From Octopus vulgaris (Eukaryota): 64,000 nucleotides of DNA. Location of the stretch: contig OX597816.1 of the NCBI GenBank assembly GCA_951406725.2, positions 149,544,001 to 149,608,000 on the forward strand, written 5' to 3'. The notes under the pieces are model-generated. The model was not told the origin of the DNA, did no database searches, and was given only the letters and a program-made list of their open reading frames with translations. Below are positions 1 through 11,787 of the stretch, one piece after another. The position numbers and the translations under genes were made by a program. The first letter of the stretch is position 1; the number at the start of each line of letters is the position of its first letter.

Positions 1-420
1 CAAGAAAATTGATATTTTTAAATGAAATTTTCTACTAATATACCGCGGACTATGTAGATTCCGAGAACATAGGAAGTTTTGGGGGGGAACAATTGGGGGT
101 TACTTTTGAGGACTGTTCTCCACTCGGGAGTGTTTCGGAACAAGTCTTCCATATTTGTTTCATTTTCTCCGTTTTGTGCGTTTATGCATCCGTAGATTTC
201 TACTTAAGCAGCAATGTGAATGGAGACTAGAAATCTACGGATACACAAACGCACAAAACGTAGAAAACGAAACAAATATGAACGACTTGTTCCGACCCCC
301 CCCCGAGTGGGGAACGGTCCTCGAAAATAACCCCTAATTGTTTTCCCCTATGTTCACGGAATCTACATAGTCCGAGGTATATTTGTAGAAAATTTCATTT
401 AAAAATATCTATTTTCTTGA
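1..420. mobile_element. Foldback/palindromic MITE-like element (left end at or beyond window edge)
   Basis: 1-202 is the imperfect reverse complement of about 228-419 (caagaaaattgatattttt...gtagatttcta / tagaaatctac...aaaaatatctattttcttg). Confidence 0.8.
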
Positions 421-1219
421 AAGTTAAAACGAATTGAAGTAGACGCCTTTGAATTTTCCAAAATTCCCCACCTAGCCCCCAAAGTTTTATATATTCGGAA
501 TCTACATGATATAACACATATTCGTAGGAAATTTCATTAAAAAAAATATCCATTTTTCTGAAAGTCATGATCATCCAAAGTCGTAGAGGCAGAAATCTGT
601 AGATATGCAACACCTTTCTGTCTTGCTAATTTTCCTGCTTTGTTTTTAAATAATATTCAATATTTCAGTTAACTTGCGTTTCATATGTTCATCACTTATT
701 TCATATGTTTCGAGAATATGTAAACCATTCAGTGTGCATCTTCATGAAACGTTTTTTTCTATTCTTACATTTATAATTAACTTTTTATCGTTTAGAAGAC
801 AGATCATTAATGTCGAATCGTGAAGCCCAATAAGAGCTGTTAGTTCGGCTGAAGTTACATCAGTGGTGATTGGCTTAATTTGATCATTTATAATGTTTGA
901 TATATATATAACACTAAGTACAAGATAAAAGACGGATCCAAAGAGAAAAGAGATATGGAATGGCTGAAAATATGAATTTCGACTAAGAAAAATTTCCTAG
1001 AGGTATGAGATGACGAAGCCATCCTCTACAATTTTTTGTGGGAAGAGATCTCGCCACTTAAAATATATTAGTCTAGTAATTCCTGTCATAGAGAAGTTGG
1101 CAAACTAATAAAATACAGATGACTTTAAACTTATCGACACTGTATTGAAAAAAGAATTATATGGATGCAAACTCTGTATCTTCTTATTAATAGGAGGGCG
1201 TGCAAAAATTTTGGTATAT

Positions 1220-2300
1220 GATTCTTTCACCTGTACGATTTACACTAAGAAAAAAAAAAAAAGAAACTTCGATTTTTTTGCGTGGAATCAAGTACCCTGA
1301 CCTGATATGCTGCAAACTCCTTATTTTGTTCGGAAAAAAGCGGGGTGGGTGGAAAACCGCCCCTCCCCTATCCCGGAATCATTGGGATTTTTTTTTTTCG
1401 TTGAATGGATTTTGGTGACCTCCTTATATGCTACAAAATGGGGTAGGGTGAGGTGGAAGCCTCGGAAATTTCACCTCCACCCCCATTGATCTTTTCACCT
1501 GCACGATTTTCACTAAGAAGAAAAAAATTTTTTTTTCATTGAATCAAGTACCTTGACCTCATAATATGCTGCAGATTCCTTATTTTTGTTTGGAAAAAAA
1601 GTGGGGTGGGTGGAAAACCGCCCCTTATATCCGGAATCATTGGAAAATTTTTTTTCTTTGTTGACTGAATTCCGGTGACCTAATATGCTTTAAAACCCTT
1701 TTTTGGATTCGGAAAATGGGGTGGAGTGGGGTGGAACCCTCGAAAATTTCACCCCCACCCTCATTTTCAAATATTTTTTGCTATTTCTTTCTTTACCCAT
1801 AACATTTAGCAGAAATACGTTTTTGAGAGAGTGTGGATTACATTAGATTGAAAATTCCAAAAAGTTTGAAATGAATGAGTAAAATATTATCAAAATATCT
1901 TTTTCCTACCTCTTAAAATCACTGTATATAATATATATAGTAATCCCGAATAAATTTTCCTGGGTTGCCGTCCTCAGTCAAACCGTCTAACCCATGCCAG
2001 CATGAAAAGCAGACGTTAAACGATGATGGTGATGATATATATATATATATATGATAGATTGTTACTCATTCAGTGTTTAGGTAAACTTCATCACTCACTA
2101 ACTCTCCCCACACACAAAAATGAAACACATTTTGGCGCCAAAATTAGATTTTCTTTTTGCAATTTTTGGCGCTGAATTTTTCCGAACAAAAATAAGGAGT
2201 TTGCAGCATATTAGGAGATGAGAGTACTTGATTCCACGCAAAAAATCCGAGTTTTTTTTTTTATAGTGAAAATCGTGCGGGTGAAAGGATCAAAATTTAC
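1220..2300. repeat. About 270-bp unit: two tandem copies plus a partial inverted copy
   Basis: Copies at about 1220-1486 and 1487-1762 (gat.tttcacctg.acgattt...ggggtgggtggaaaaccgcccc...aaatttcacc.ccaccc); inverted partial copy at about 2180-2297. Confidence 0.75.
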
Positions 2301-2409
2301 CAAAATTTTTACTAACATGGGTGGTGGGGTACTTCTCAGTTTGAAAACCACTATGTTAGCCTCCAACTTAGTTATACTTGGAAATGACCACCTGGGTCAA
2401 ACTAAAAAA

Positions 2410-3035
2410 AAAAAGAAAAATAGTGTGGATCTTTTCGGTTTGAACGGCAGTTTTTTCTAGCGGTGTCATATGAAATTGTCACCCATAATTACGACCCCAT
2501 TTCAATCTGTTTTAGGGTTAGGGTTAGGGGTGGGGGGAAGGGTATCTTTTTTTCTTCAGAAATGTAAATAAACCCAATCTGTTTCTTAAACGAAGGACAT
2601 ATTCATACGGCACAGAATGTTTTCACCTCAATAGACGTCATTGATTGGTTGAAATTGCGGAAATTGAAGGAAAAAAAACAACAACAAATATCTTACAAAC
2701 TATAGAATTTTCTCAATAAAGCCAAGAGAAAAAGATGTTTTATAAACACATTCTACCAGTATACGAAGTTTAAAAGTGTTTAGTTACGTGGAAATTATTT
2801 TTAAAAAACTGCCGTTCAAACCGAAAAGATCCAATAGTGCAATAGGTGTACAACAACATGTAGTAAACGATTATGAAAAAAAAAAAAAAGAATGAGCGCT
2901 GGTGAACGGGGGAGAGGACTTGAAAATTCACATCGGGAATGTTCCGAGTCCTCTCACCACTTCCCGGTAAAATTTTTTTTCTTCATATTCGTTTACTACG
3001 TGTTGTTGTACACCTATTGCACTATTTTTTTTTTG
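2410..3035. mobile_element. Foldback element hosting the MITE
   Basis: aatagtgcaataggtgtacaacaac..gtaaacga.tatgaa..gagaggact is mirrored by agtcctctc..ttcatattcgtttac..gttgttgtacacctattgcactatt. Confidence 0.75.
2427..2832 (+). mobile_element. MITE with GGATCTTTTCGGTTTGAACGGCAG TIRs and 8-bp TSD
   Basis: About 30-bp TIRs; flanks aatagtgt / aatagtgc; internal TTAGGG repeats. Confidence 0.9.
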
Positions 3036-6000
3036 CTTTGTTTTTTGTTCGGGTCAAACACTTTTGCTTGACCGAAAGAGCAAAGAATTCGGTGGACAGT
3101 ATAGTAGATCGTACGACGACACAATGGTTTTCACGTTGACTCAACTCTTAAAGATGCCTACCACGGCAGAAAACAAATGATACAATTGTTTTCTCTCGAA
3201 GCGAATGCCTTTCGGAAAAAGTAAGCACCTGGTAAATTAAGTCAAAAATGCAGTTTCGAGTTCACTTTTTCCATAGCGTAAAGCGGATGATAGAGAAATA
3301 TCCAGCTGGAAAGGACATTAGTCTGTTATAGTAACCCTTTCTGATGACATTGCTGGTAGATGGATGGACTAAAGTTATGTCGAATAAATGTTTTCGAAAA
3401 GAAACTCAACGAAACGCCTGAAGTCTATTTCAACCCCATTAACCTGTGATTTGCACTCCTATGTCCTTTAACTACCCGATCGTTTTATTATTAGAATGAA
3501 TGAACAAAACGAAAGTAAAAATAGAGATGAGCCTCATTCCTACCTGAGTCGTTATTTTTACTGTACTTTATGTATGTATGCATAAGCACTTTTATAGATA
3601 CTGTCTTCTGTGTCAGAATTACAGCCTGGTCATCATATATACTCTATACAATACAAATCTATTCTGTAGGAAACTATCGTCACAGTTATCATTGAGATTA
3701 CAGACAAATATCTTGTAGATTATTGTCCCAAATATGAAATCCATTGCCAATAGCTAGAAGATATTACATTATTTCAAACTTCCAAAATAAACTATACAAA
3801 CCTTTCTATTTAACAAACTTGTTACTATTCGGTGTACAAAATTACTTCTTTGTTTCTTTATTACCCACAAGGGGCAAACGAAGAGGGGAAAATACAAAGA
3901 CATGTTAGGACAGAAATACAAAAATAATTCTTACCCAGGTATACTGTTAGCTAAATTTGACAAAGATTTCACGCTTATTAAAAAAAAAAAAAGGATCGTT
4001 TTTGTTAACATTTCAATTTTCCCGTGCTACGCTAATTTTATGTCTATTTAAATTTGCATATTGAAACAACAATTTAATGTGAAATGAAGTTATGAGCTGC
4101 GTTCGCTGATGTTTAAGAACAATTGTTTCAGTTTTTCCCTTTTAATAATAATGGCACACAATCTACTATCTTGCTTAAAAAGACGAAAATCTGATCAATA
4201 TGCGATGTAAGTGTTTAATTATTGTTACTAATTTTTTAATGACTCGACAACTTCATGCATCCCGCACTAAAAGTATGTACATTGTAATTCTCTTTAAACT
4301 TCTCTCGAAAACGGGAAGAATCCGTTTGAGGTCATAGAAATGCAAAAATTATTTATTTCAGTAAGTTTGTGAGTTCCCGCTGACCCGACCCAACAATCTG
4401 ATTTGCATTTCCAACATAGCCGTTTCACAGACTGTTGTCTCTCAAAAAGCTATTATTATAACTCTTAAGATAGAAGATAAAAATTGGAGCTGTAACCTAA
4501 ACTTTAAAAGTTGTTTCTTTTCTCGTCAGTAATTTGAAATATTTTTCGTAATATTTGTATATATAATACTTTGTTCCTATCAAATCTTATTCAAAATCTT
4601 AAAAGGACGTTCAATGGATTTATCAATCCCTCTACCAAGACAAGATATATTTTGATTCGGAATCCATCGGCGTTATATTAACCCGTTGTTTAACTTGATA
4701 TTCTAGACTTGGAATGTTTACATTCATTCCGAGAAGACAATTTTTATGAAAGGTATGTTTATTTTCTAACCTAGATTGTTCTGATTCTTCCTGCTGTCTT
4801 CCCTAGGTTAGACACTAAATTGAAGACTTCTTGTGGAGGAAAAGTGGGAATCTTGGATAATTTTGCATTAGTTTACTTTCTCTCTCTCTCTCTCTCTCTA
4901 CAAGTCCTTTTCCTTCTCTACGATTAGAAAAAAGATTTTGGCACTCATTTGTCATCATTCTAAACTTCTGTTGTCATAGAAATAGAAGTTGTTGCTTGAT
5001 AAGTATTTTTTAACTCTGAATGTGCTGGTAAATGATGGGTTATGGTTTAATAAAACAGAATAAACTTGAGGGCATAGGACAACTAAAACTATTAAACCTT
5101 TCGTAATTTAAAACTTAAGCAGAAGAGTTACTCTTGGGAATCGAAACCGAATTGTAGAATCGGTTCGCAGGCAATTATTTTCTACTATACTTTGCCAAAT
5201 GGTGTTATACAATCACAAAAAATTTCGACAACCTATTGAAATTTATAGAGCGAATCGTTAAATTTTTTTTTTTTTAAGAAAAATTTCTACATACAAAGAT
5301 TGAAATTTTATTTGTAATTCCAAGCGTTTCAACTTTAAACATCTAAACTTTTCCTAGTAAATTTCAATCAAGTTTTTTATGGGAGACTAACTAAAAAGCT
5401 ATCTGGGCGTTTTCCCCTATTTTCATCGTTTAACAGTTATAACGATCTCCAAGTTTTTCTATCATAAATTCTTTGCTATATCAATTATATGTCATAAAGA
5501 AATAAACATTGGTTTTCTACCTACAGCACCAAGTCTGTCAGTCAGTCATTATCTTCATTTCTCCAAATAACGGCAGCTCTCTCTTCATTCCAGCTTCTCC
5601 CAATTTAGCTTTATAGGTTTTCTAATACGGATTTAAAACCTCAAATTTTATTATAGCTGTTGAAGTCAGGACGTTGCATGAATTATCAACAACGAAAGTC
5701 GTGAAATTAGAAACCGAGTTACGGATTAAATCTATAGGAGTTTATCCTATTAACGTTGAATGTCAATTGAAGCCAGTTGAGAATAAAGTTCAAAATCAAC
5801 AAGCGTTCGCGCCTCTTTCCCAATGACATTTTCGCTGGTGTGTTTGAAATGATTGATTCTTGCATTCATTTGTATAATTGTGCGGCGGTTTGACTGAATC
5901 GTTAGAGCATCGGACAAAAAAATTTTTTAAAGTTAAAGTATTCGTTCCGACATTTTATGTTCTGAGAACAAATCCCGCCTAGTTCTATTTTGTTAGGAAG

Positions 6001-6199
6001 AGTCAATGTAATTGACTGAGCTCCACTCCTCAAAAATTGAAACTCTATTGCGTAAGTTAGGAACCATTGTACCTATAATATTAGAAAGGCAGAATCGTTG
6101 GAGCATTAGACGAAACCTCTTACGTTTGTTGTGATTATTTTACGTTCTGATTACAAATACCGCTGGGGTCATCTTTGCTTTTCAACCCACTTCGACAAT

Positions 6200-6564
6200 T
6201 CTTTTATTTTATTCGTTTCAGTCATTTTGACTGCGGCCATGCTGGAGCACCGCCTTTAGTCGAGCAAATCGACTCGAGGACTTATTCTTTGTAAGCCTAG
6301 TACTTATTCTATCGGTCTGCTTTGCCGAACCGCTAAGTTACGGGTACGTAAACACACCAGCATCGGTTGTCAAGCGATGTTGGGAGACACACACACACAC
6401 ACGACAGGCTTCTTTCAGTTTCCATCTACCAAATCCACTCACACGGCTTTGGTCGGCCCGAGGCTATAGTAGAAGACACTTGCCCAAGATGCCACGCAAT
6501 GGGACTGAACCTGGAACCATGTGGTTGGTTAGCAAGCTACTTACAACACAGTCACTCCTGCGCC
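6200..6564 (-). mobile_element. tRNA-derived SINE, family A (octopus OR-type)
   Basis: The minus-strand head GGCGCAGGAGTG..GGTTCCAGGTTCAGTCCC has A/B-box-like motifs. Related copies at about 6620-6920, 38138-38490, 48430-49310 and 53720-53810. Confidence 0.8.
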
Positions 6565-6692
6565 TATAATGTTCATTTTTTTTTTCTCCTACAGGTGTAT
6601 GCAGAAATTTGTTTTCTTTGCTTTCAACCGCATAGTTCCAGGTTCAGTCACACTGCGTAGCACCTTAGACATGTGTCTTCTACTATAACCTA

Positions 6693-6856
6693 GGATCTTT
6701 TCGGTTTGAACGGCAGTTTTTTCTAGCGGTGTCATATGAAATTGTCACCCATAATTATGACCCTAGTATCGATCTATTGCATTTCAATCTGTTTTAGGGT
6801 TAGGGTTAGTTAGGGGTGGGGTATGTTAAAAACTGCCGTTCAAACCGAAAAGATCC
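6693..6856 (+). mobile_element. Internally deleted copy of the same MITE, inserted in a SINE
   Basis: Same TIRs; taacct duplicated on both sides; interrupts the SINE motif tactataacct|cgggcc. Confidence 0.88.
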
Positions 6857-7201
6857 TAACCTCGGGCCAACCAAACCCTTGTGAGTGGATTTGGTAAACG
6901 GAAACTGAACGAAGCTCATTATGCGCGCGCGCACTTTTATTTTTACTTGTTCACAGTTATGCTTTCCTCTCAAACTGTACTTTCTACGCATTACGATCGA
7001 ATCCCCAACGAGTTAACATGGGATCCCCTAACGATAACGTAAACTTCGAAAGTAAAGAATACACACACCCGATGTTTAGGGTTAGGATTTTTGTTACGCC
7101 GAAAACGGATACGTATTCTTTATTTCAACTGTAAACATCATATAATCAAGGTATCCTTGACCTGAAGACCAGCTTATGGTCTACCCTTCGTTTGGATAAC
7201 T

Positions 7202-7613
7202 GGATCTTTTCGGTTTGAACAGCAGTTTTTTAAAATAATTTCCACGTAACTAAACACTTTTAAACTTCGTATACTGGTAGAATGTGTTTATGAAACATCT
7301 TTTTCTCTTGGCTTTCTTGAGAAAATTCTATGGTTTGTAAGATTTGTTGTTTTTTCTTTCTTCAATTTCTGCAATTTCAACCAATAAATGACGTCTGTTT
7401 GAAGTGAAAACATTCTGTGCTATATGAATATGTCCCTCGTTTAAGAAACAGATTGGGTTTATTTACATTTCTGAAGAAAAAAAGATACCCTTCCCTCCAC
7501 CTCTAACCCTAAAACAGATTGAAATGCAATAGATCGATACTAGGGTCATAATTATGGGTGACAATTTCATATGATACCGCAAGAAAAAACTGCCGTTCAA
7601 ACGGAAAAGATCC
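7202..7613 (-). mobile_element. Third copy of the same MITE, inverted
   Basis: Reverse complement of 2427-2832; TSD ggataact / ggataatt. Confidence 0.9.
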
Positions 7614-8712
7614 GGATAATTTACTACTTCCAAGGTTCCGCTATCTATGAACCCTATGTAGCCTGAATTTTATCTACTTTATTCCCTAATTTTTGAATGT
7701 TTATTCGCATATACAACAACCCCTGTTGCTAACCATGAACTATAAAAAAAAAGTACCCAGGTTGATTCATTCGACTAAAACAAATTGTTCAAGATGGTAC
7801 CCCAGCATGGCTGCATCTAATGACTAAAACAAGTAAAAGATAGAAAATAGTTACACATTTCAAGAACCTTGGGATCTTGTGTGCATACATACTTTTTTTG
7901 TGTGTTGTAAAACGTCTGTTTGCATACACAGATTACAAGGAACATTGCCCTTTGGGTGCGTTAATAAAGTACCAAATTTATTTAACTGCTGAAAGTTTTG
8001 GTCTCGTACCTGTCTAAAAAATTATCGTTTATTTTATTCATGTACACTTCCTTTAAATCCTAGCGAAACAAAAGTATCGTTCTATCTCTCTTCATTAAAA
8101 AAATTTTTTAAAAAGCTTTCATGTTATTTCGTAGCTCCGAGTTGAAATATGAACAAAGGTTTTCCAGTTGAGACCACTTCTCTATTCTTTCTTCTGCATT
8201 ATCAAATATCCCACTCTTTTGAGGCAGTGGCGTGTAATTTAAGGGAAATTGAAACCCAATGTGATTCTGGTAAATAAGAAAATATGGCCTTCTGGCTTAG
8301 TAAAAAGCGATTATGTTCTAATTTCAAATACTGCCAAACTCGTTCACCGATAAAATAAAATACCAGTGAACTAATTTGCTGAACTCAATCGATTATATCC
8401 GGTTAAAGCCGTACAATAGATACATGCCTATATTTTCAGAGCGTAACTATCTTGCTAGAATAATATCCTCAGTTCAATTCTCTCAGAAGTCGACTTTGCT
8501 TTTTATTCTTCTGGGATCATTAAGATAAATACTAGTCAAACACTGGTGTCGATTTAAGCGACTATATCTGCCACAGACATTGGGAGGGGGTGCTTGTTAC
8601 TCTATTAGGAATTATGATTTAGGTTGCAGAATTGCATGTACGAGGATTGCACTGGACAAAATACCTTGTGGTTGGTTAGCCAGGTCATTTCTAATTGAAC
8701 TGACCTATAATC

Positions 8713-8920
8713 CTTTTTACTATAGACACAAAGCCTGAAATTTAAGGGAGGGAGCAAGTCAAAAACATCTGTCAGTGCTTAACTGGTACTTATTTCATCA
8801 ACCCCAAAAGGAGGAAAGGAAAAGTCGACCTCGATGGAATTTGAACTCAAAACGTAAAGACGGCTGAAATGCTGCAAAACATTTTGTCTGGAGTGCTAAC
8901 GATTCTGCCAGCTCGCCGCC
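8713..8920 (-). mobile_element. tRNA-derived SINE, family B, with 18-bp TSD
   Basis: Minus-strand head GGCGGCGAGCTGGCAGAATCGTTAGC..TGAGTTCAAATTCC; TSD ttgaactgacctataatc (8695-8712) / ttgaacagacctgtaatc (8921-8938). Confidence 0.85.
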
Positions 8921-8983
8921 TTGAACAGACCTGTAATCAAAAACATTCCAGCCATGACCATCCTACAATTTCTGATACAGCTA

Positions 8984-10232
8984 TTAGGTTGTCAAGAAAG
9001 TTCTTGCGGAATTTCTAATTTTGGTTTTAAAGGATGAATTTTCAAATTAATTTTCGTTAAGTTACTTTGACTTCATATATCATTTTAAAGCCCGTTTTTC
9101 GCTCTATCTAATTGACGTACTCTTTTTCTTTTTGAATAATTAGGCCATTTTTTCCGGAACGTTCAATACAACATGGACAAAAAGCAAATTCACACAATTT
9201 TCTTATTCCAGTTCAAGCTAGGCCGAAAAGCTGCTGAAACAGCTCGCGATATCAACAATGCATTTGGCCCAGGAACCACTAATAAACATACAGCACAATG
9301 ATGGTTCAAGAAATTTCGTAGCGATAACGAGTCTTGAAAATGTTAAGTGTAGTGGTTGGCCATTGGATGTTGACAACGATCAACTAAGAGCCTTAGTGGA
9401 AGCCAATCCACGCAGAACTGTTCGAGAGCTTGCTTCTGAACTAGACGCAACGTATACGACAATTTCCAACCACTTGAGATTAGAAAAACAAAAATACCTG
9501 AGAAATGGGTGCTGCACAAATTGAACGACAAGAAAAATAAAAAACACCGTTTTGAAGTGTCATCTTCCCTTCTTTTATGCAACAAGAATAACCCGTTTCT
9601 TGACCAGATTGTGACTTGTGATGATAAGAGGATTCTTTACTGGCAACACTCAGCTCAGTGGTTGGACGCTGTTGAAGCTCCACGGCACTTCCCAAAGCCA
9701 AAGTTGCACCGAAAGAAGGTCATGGTGACTGGTGGTCTGCGGCCAGTTTCATCCATCACAGCTTTTTGGATCCAGGTGAAACCATTACAGCAGAGAAGTA
9801 CTGTCAGCAAATGGATGAAATGCATGAGAAACTCTGACAACAACAGCCAGCATTGGTCAATAGAAAAGCACCAATTCTTCTCCATGACAATGCTCGGCTG
9901 CACATTGCACAACTGACCCTGCAGAAGCTGAGCGAATTGGGCTACAAAACGCTGCCTCATCTGCCATGCTTACCAGACCTTTCCCTTACCGACTACCAAT
10001 TTTTCAAGCATTTTGACAACTTCCTGCTTCAAAAACTAAGACGATGCCAAACACTCCTTTGACTTCATCGCCACCAGAATGCAGCTACTGGCATAAATAA
10101 ACTTGTTTCGCGTTGGCAAAAGTGTATTGATTCTGATGGTGTTTATTTTGATATATGAAGTATTGTTTGAGCCAAGATATGTACATCTGAATTTAAAGGT
10201 TAAAAACTGCAAGAACTTTCTTGACAACCTAA
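8984..10232 (+). mobile_element. Near full-length mariner (Hsmar1/cecropia-like) with TA TSD
   Basis: TIR TTAGGTTGTCAAGAAAGTTCTTGC at both ends, TA at 8982-83 and 10233-34, 1249 bp in total. Confidence 0.95.
9173..10157 (+). pseudogene. Mariner transposase pseudogene
   Basis: MDKKQIHTIFLFQFKLGRKAAETARDINNAFGPG..., [59 protein letters not shown], with stops and frameshifts. Confidence 0.93.
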
Positions 10233-11506
10233 TATCTTTAAGATTGTTGTTTGTGATTCAGCTGCTAGTTCTAGCGGATCTAATTTACTACAAAGTGGTT
10301 ACTATGCTGGCTCATGCCTTTGCTGAATTTAGTTGCAGCTGCAGCTCAAATAAGTGTCAGTTTACCAAAGTTTTGTCGCATGCATTGTGTCCATGAACAC
10401 CACTTAGCAGGTCATTCTTGCCGACCTACTTCATTTGGCTGTATTTTTGGGTAGTTACAGTTCACTGCTGCAGGACCAGCAGAACTGAAGGAAGTGTTTT
10501 AAAAATCTCCATAAAGAATTACAATTCATCTAGCTGACTTGCTGTTAGATTTACTACACTTTTGAAATGGTGTTCTACATTGCAACGGAAGGTGCTTGTC
10601 TTCTCTTCCATTACGTTACAGTTCCCACGTTTATTATAATACAAAAAGAGAAAGAAAGAGGGGTGGTTATCAGTTTTAAATTCATTCAGTTCCTACTCAA
10701 CTAGTTGGAAATATAATTTAATAATTGTTGAGCTTTCGTTATTCTGTAATGGAGATGTGCCACCCATAAACAATAACTTCTAATGCGATCTGCAGAATTT
10801 ATTAAAATTAGAGAGGCTAAATTAGACTAGGAGATGTTGACACAAACCGGAACCCAATACATTAATTTGATTCTTTTCATTAAAATTCCATTCACATCTA
10901 TGGCACACAAAAGGAAGTGCTTTACTTTATTGACTCCATAAGAATGAAAAGCTGAACTGACAGCAGCGAAATTTGAACTTAGAACATAAGAGGCCATCAC
11001 TTACGCAAGGCATTTTGTTTTGACACTCTAACCACTTGTTTCCAAGCTATATTCCATATGGCAAACAAATGAAACTTTCAATATATTGCTTATTACAGTG
11101 AACTGCACTTCTCTCTGAAATCTGTTTGACATTTTAGGAAAGTTTTTGTCAGACAATGAGTAGTAGACTCGAATAGCAAAAGACAAGAATCCAAATTAAA
11201 TTTGTCCTGATTTTAAAAAAACAAAAAAACACTTCTACTGTAACACCAGGCTAACCAAAGCCTTGAGTGGATTAAGTCGTCAGAGACTGAAACAAAGTGT
11301 GCATGTACATTTGTGCTTCTCCAAAAATCACTGAGCTACAACTGCTGATGTTACTTCTGTCCATTGCGTCTAAGAGATCCCTCACTTGAAAAACAGGAAA
11401 GGCATCTGGTTGTAAAACAATGTCTCTAATTAATATATATATATATATATGAGAGAGACGAAAATATATATATATATACTTTATTTAAAGCAGCGGAAAA
11501 TTCAAC

Positions 11507-11553
11507 AAAACCTGTTACTCTGAGTTTCACGTTCCCGTTCGTCGGACAGTTTT
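11507..11553 (-). ncRNA. Minimal type I hammerhead ribozyme motif (inverted copy)
   Basis: Reverse complement reads AAAACUGU CCGACGA ACG-GGAA-CGU GAA ACUC-A-GAGU A ACAGGUUUU. Stem II is a perfect Watson-Crick stem with a GNRA loop. Confidence 0.72.
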
Positions 11554-11594
11554 AGATCCGATATGTCAATTGGCATATCGGATCTATTTTAGCA

Positions 11595-11641
11595 AAAACT
11601 GTCCGACGAATGGGAACGTGAAACTCAGAGTAACAGGTTTT
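11595..11641 (+). ncRNA. Minimal type I hammerhead ribozyme motif (U4C core variant)
   Basis: Stem I CUGU(11599-602)/ACAG(11633-36); core CCGACGA; stem II AUG-GGAA-CGU; GAAA; near-palindromic stem III ACUC-A-GAGU; GUA cleavage triplet. Confidence 0.72.
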
Positions 11642-11739
11642 GTTGAATTTTCCGCTGCTTTAAATAAAGCATATTACTCTACCACTGGTATTTGAGTACT
11701 CTTTTTCCCACCTTGTTTCACATTTATGTGTTTACTCCG

Positions 11740-11787
<48 letters not shown>

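Larger units (their letters stand above)
11479..11740. mobile_element. Penelope-like (pLTR) relic with inverted arms, inserted in a (TA)n tract
   Basis: Near-perfect palindrome 11479-11669 carrying hammerheads, AATAAA at 11663, and a unique tail to about 11740. Flanked on both sides by (TA)n-GAGAGAGAC-AAA-(TA)n. Confidence 0.65.

Noticed and set aside
2512-2530. Telomere or chromosome fusion site
   Set aside because: The few TTAGGG units are internal to a MITE.
3341-3420. CTGATGA followed by later GAAA motifs as a hammerhead
   Set aside because: No consistent stem II closing onto GAAA and no stem I/III pairing.
4707-4752. Coding exon LECLHSFREDNFYE(R) joined to 32799
   Set aside because: Phase-compatible donor, but there is an in-frame stop upstream, no ATG, and the nearby ATG/donor at 4340-4360 is out of phase. 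Kept only as a possible UTR exon.
6500-6564. tRNA gene
   Set aside because: The tRNA-like region is a SINE head continuous with the SINE body; no full cloverleaf.
7162-7185. CTGAAGA plus hairpin as a hammerhead
   Set aside because: The required GAAA after stem II is missing.
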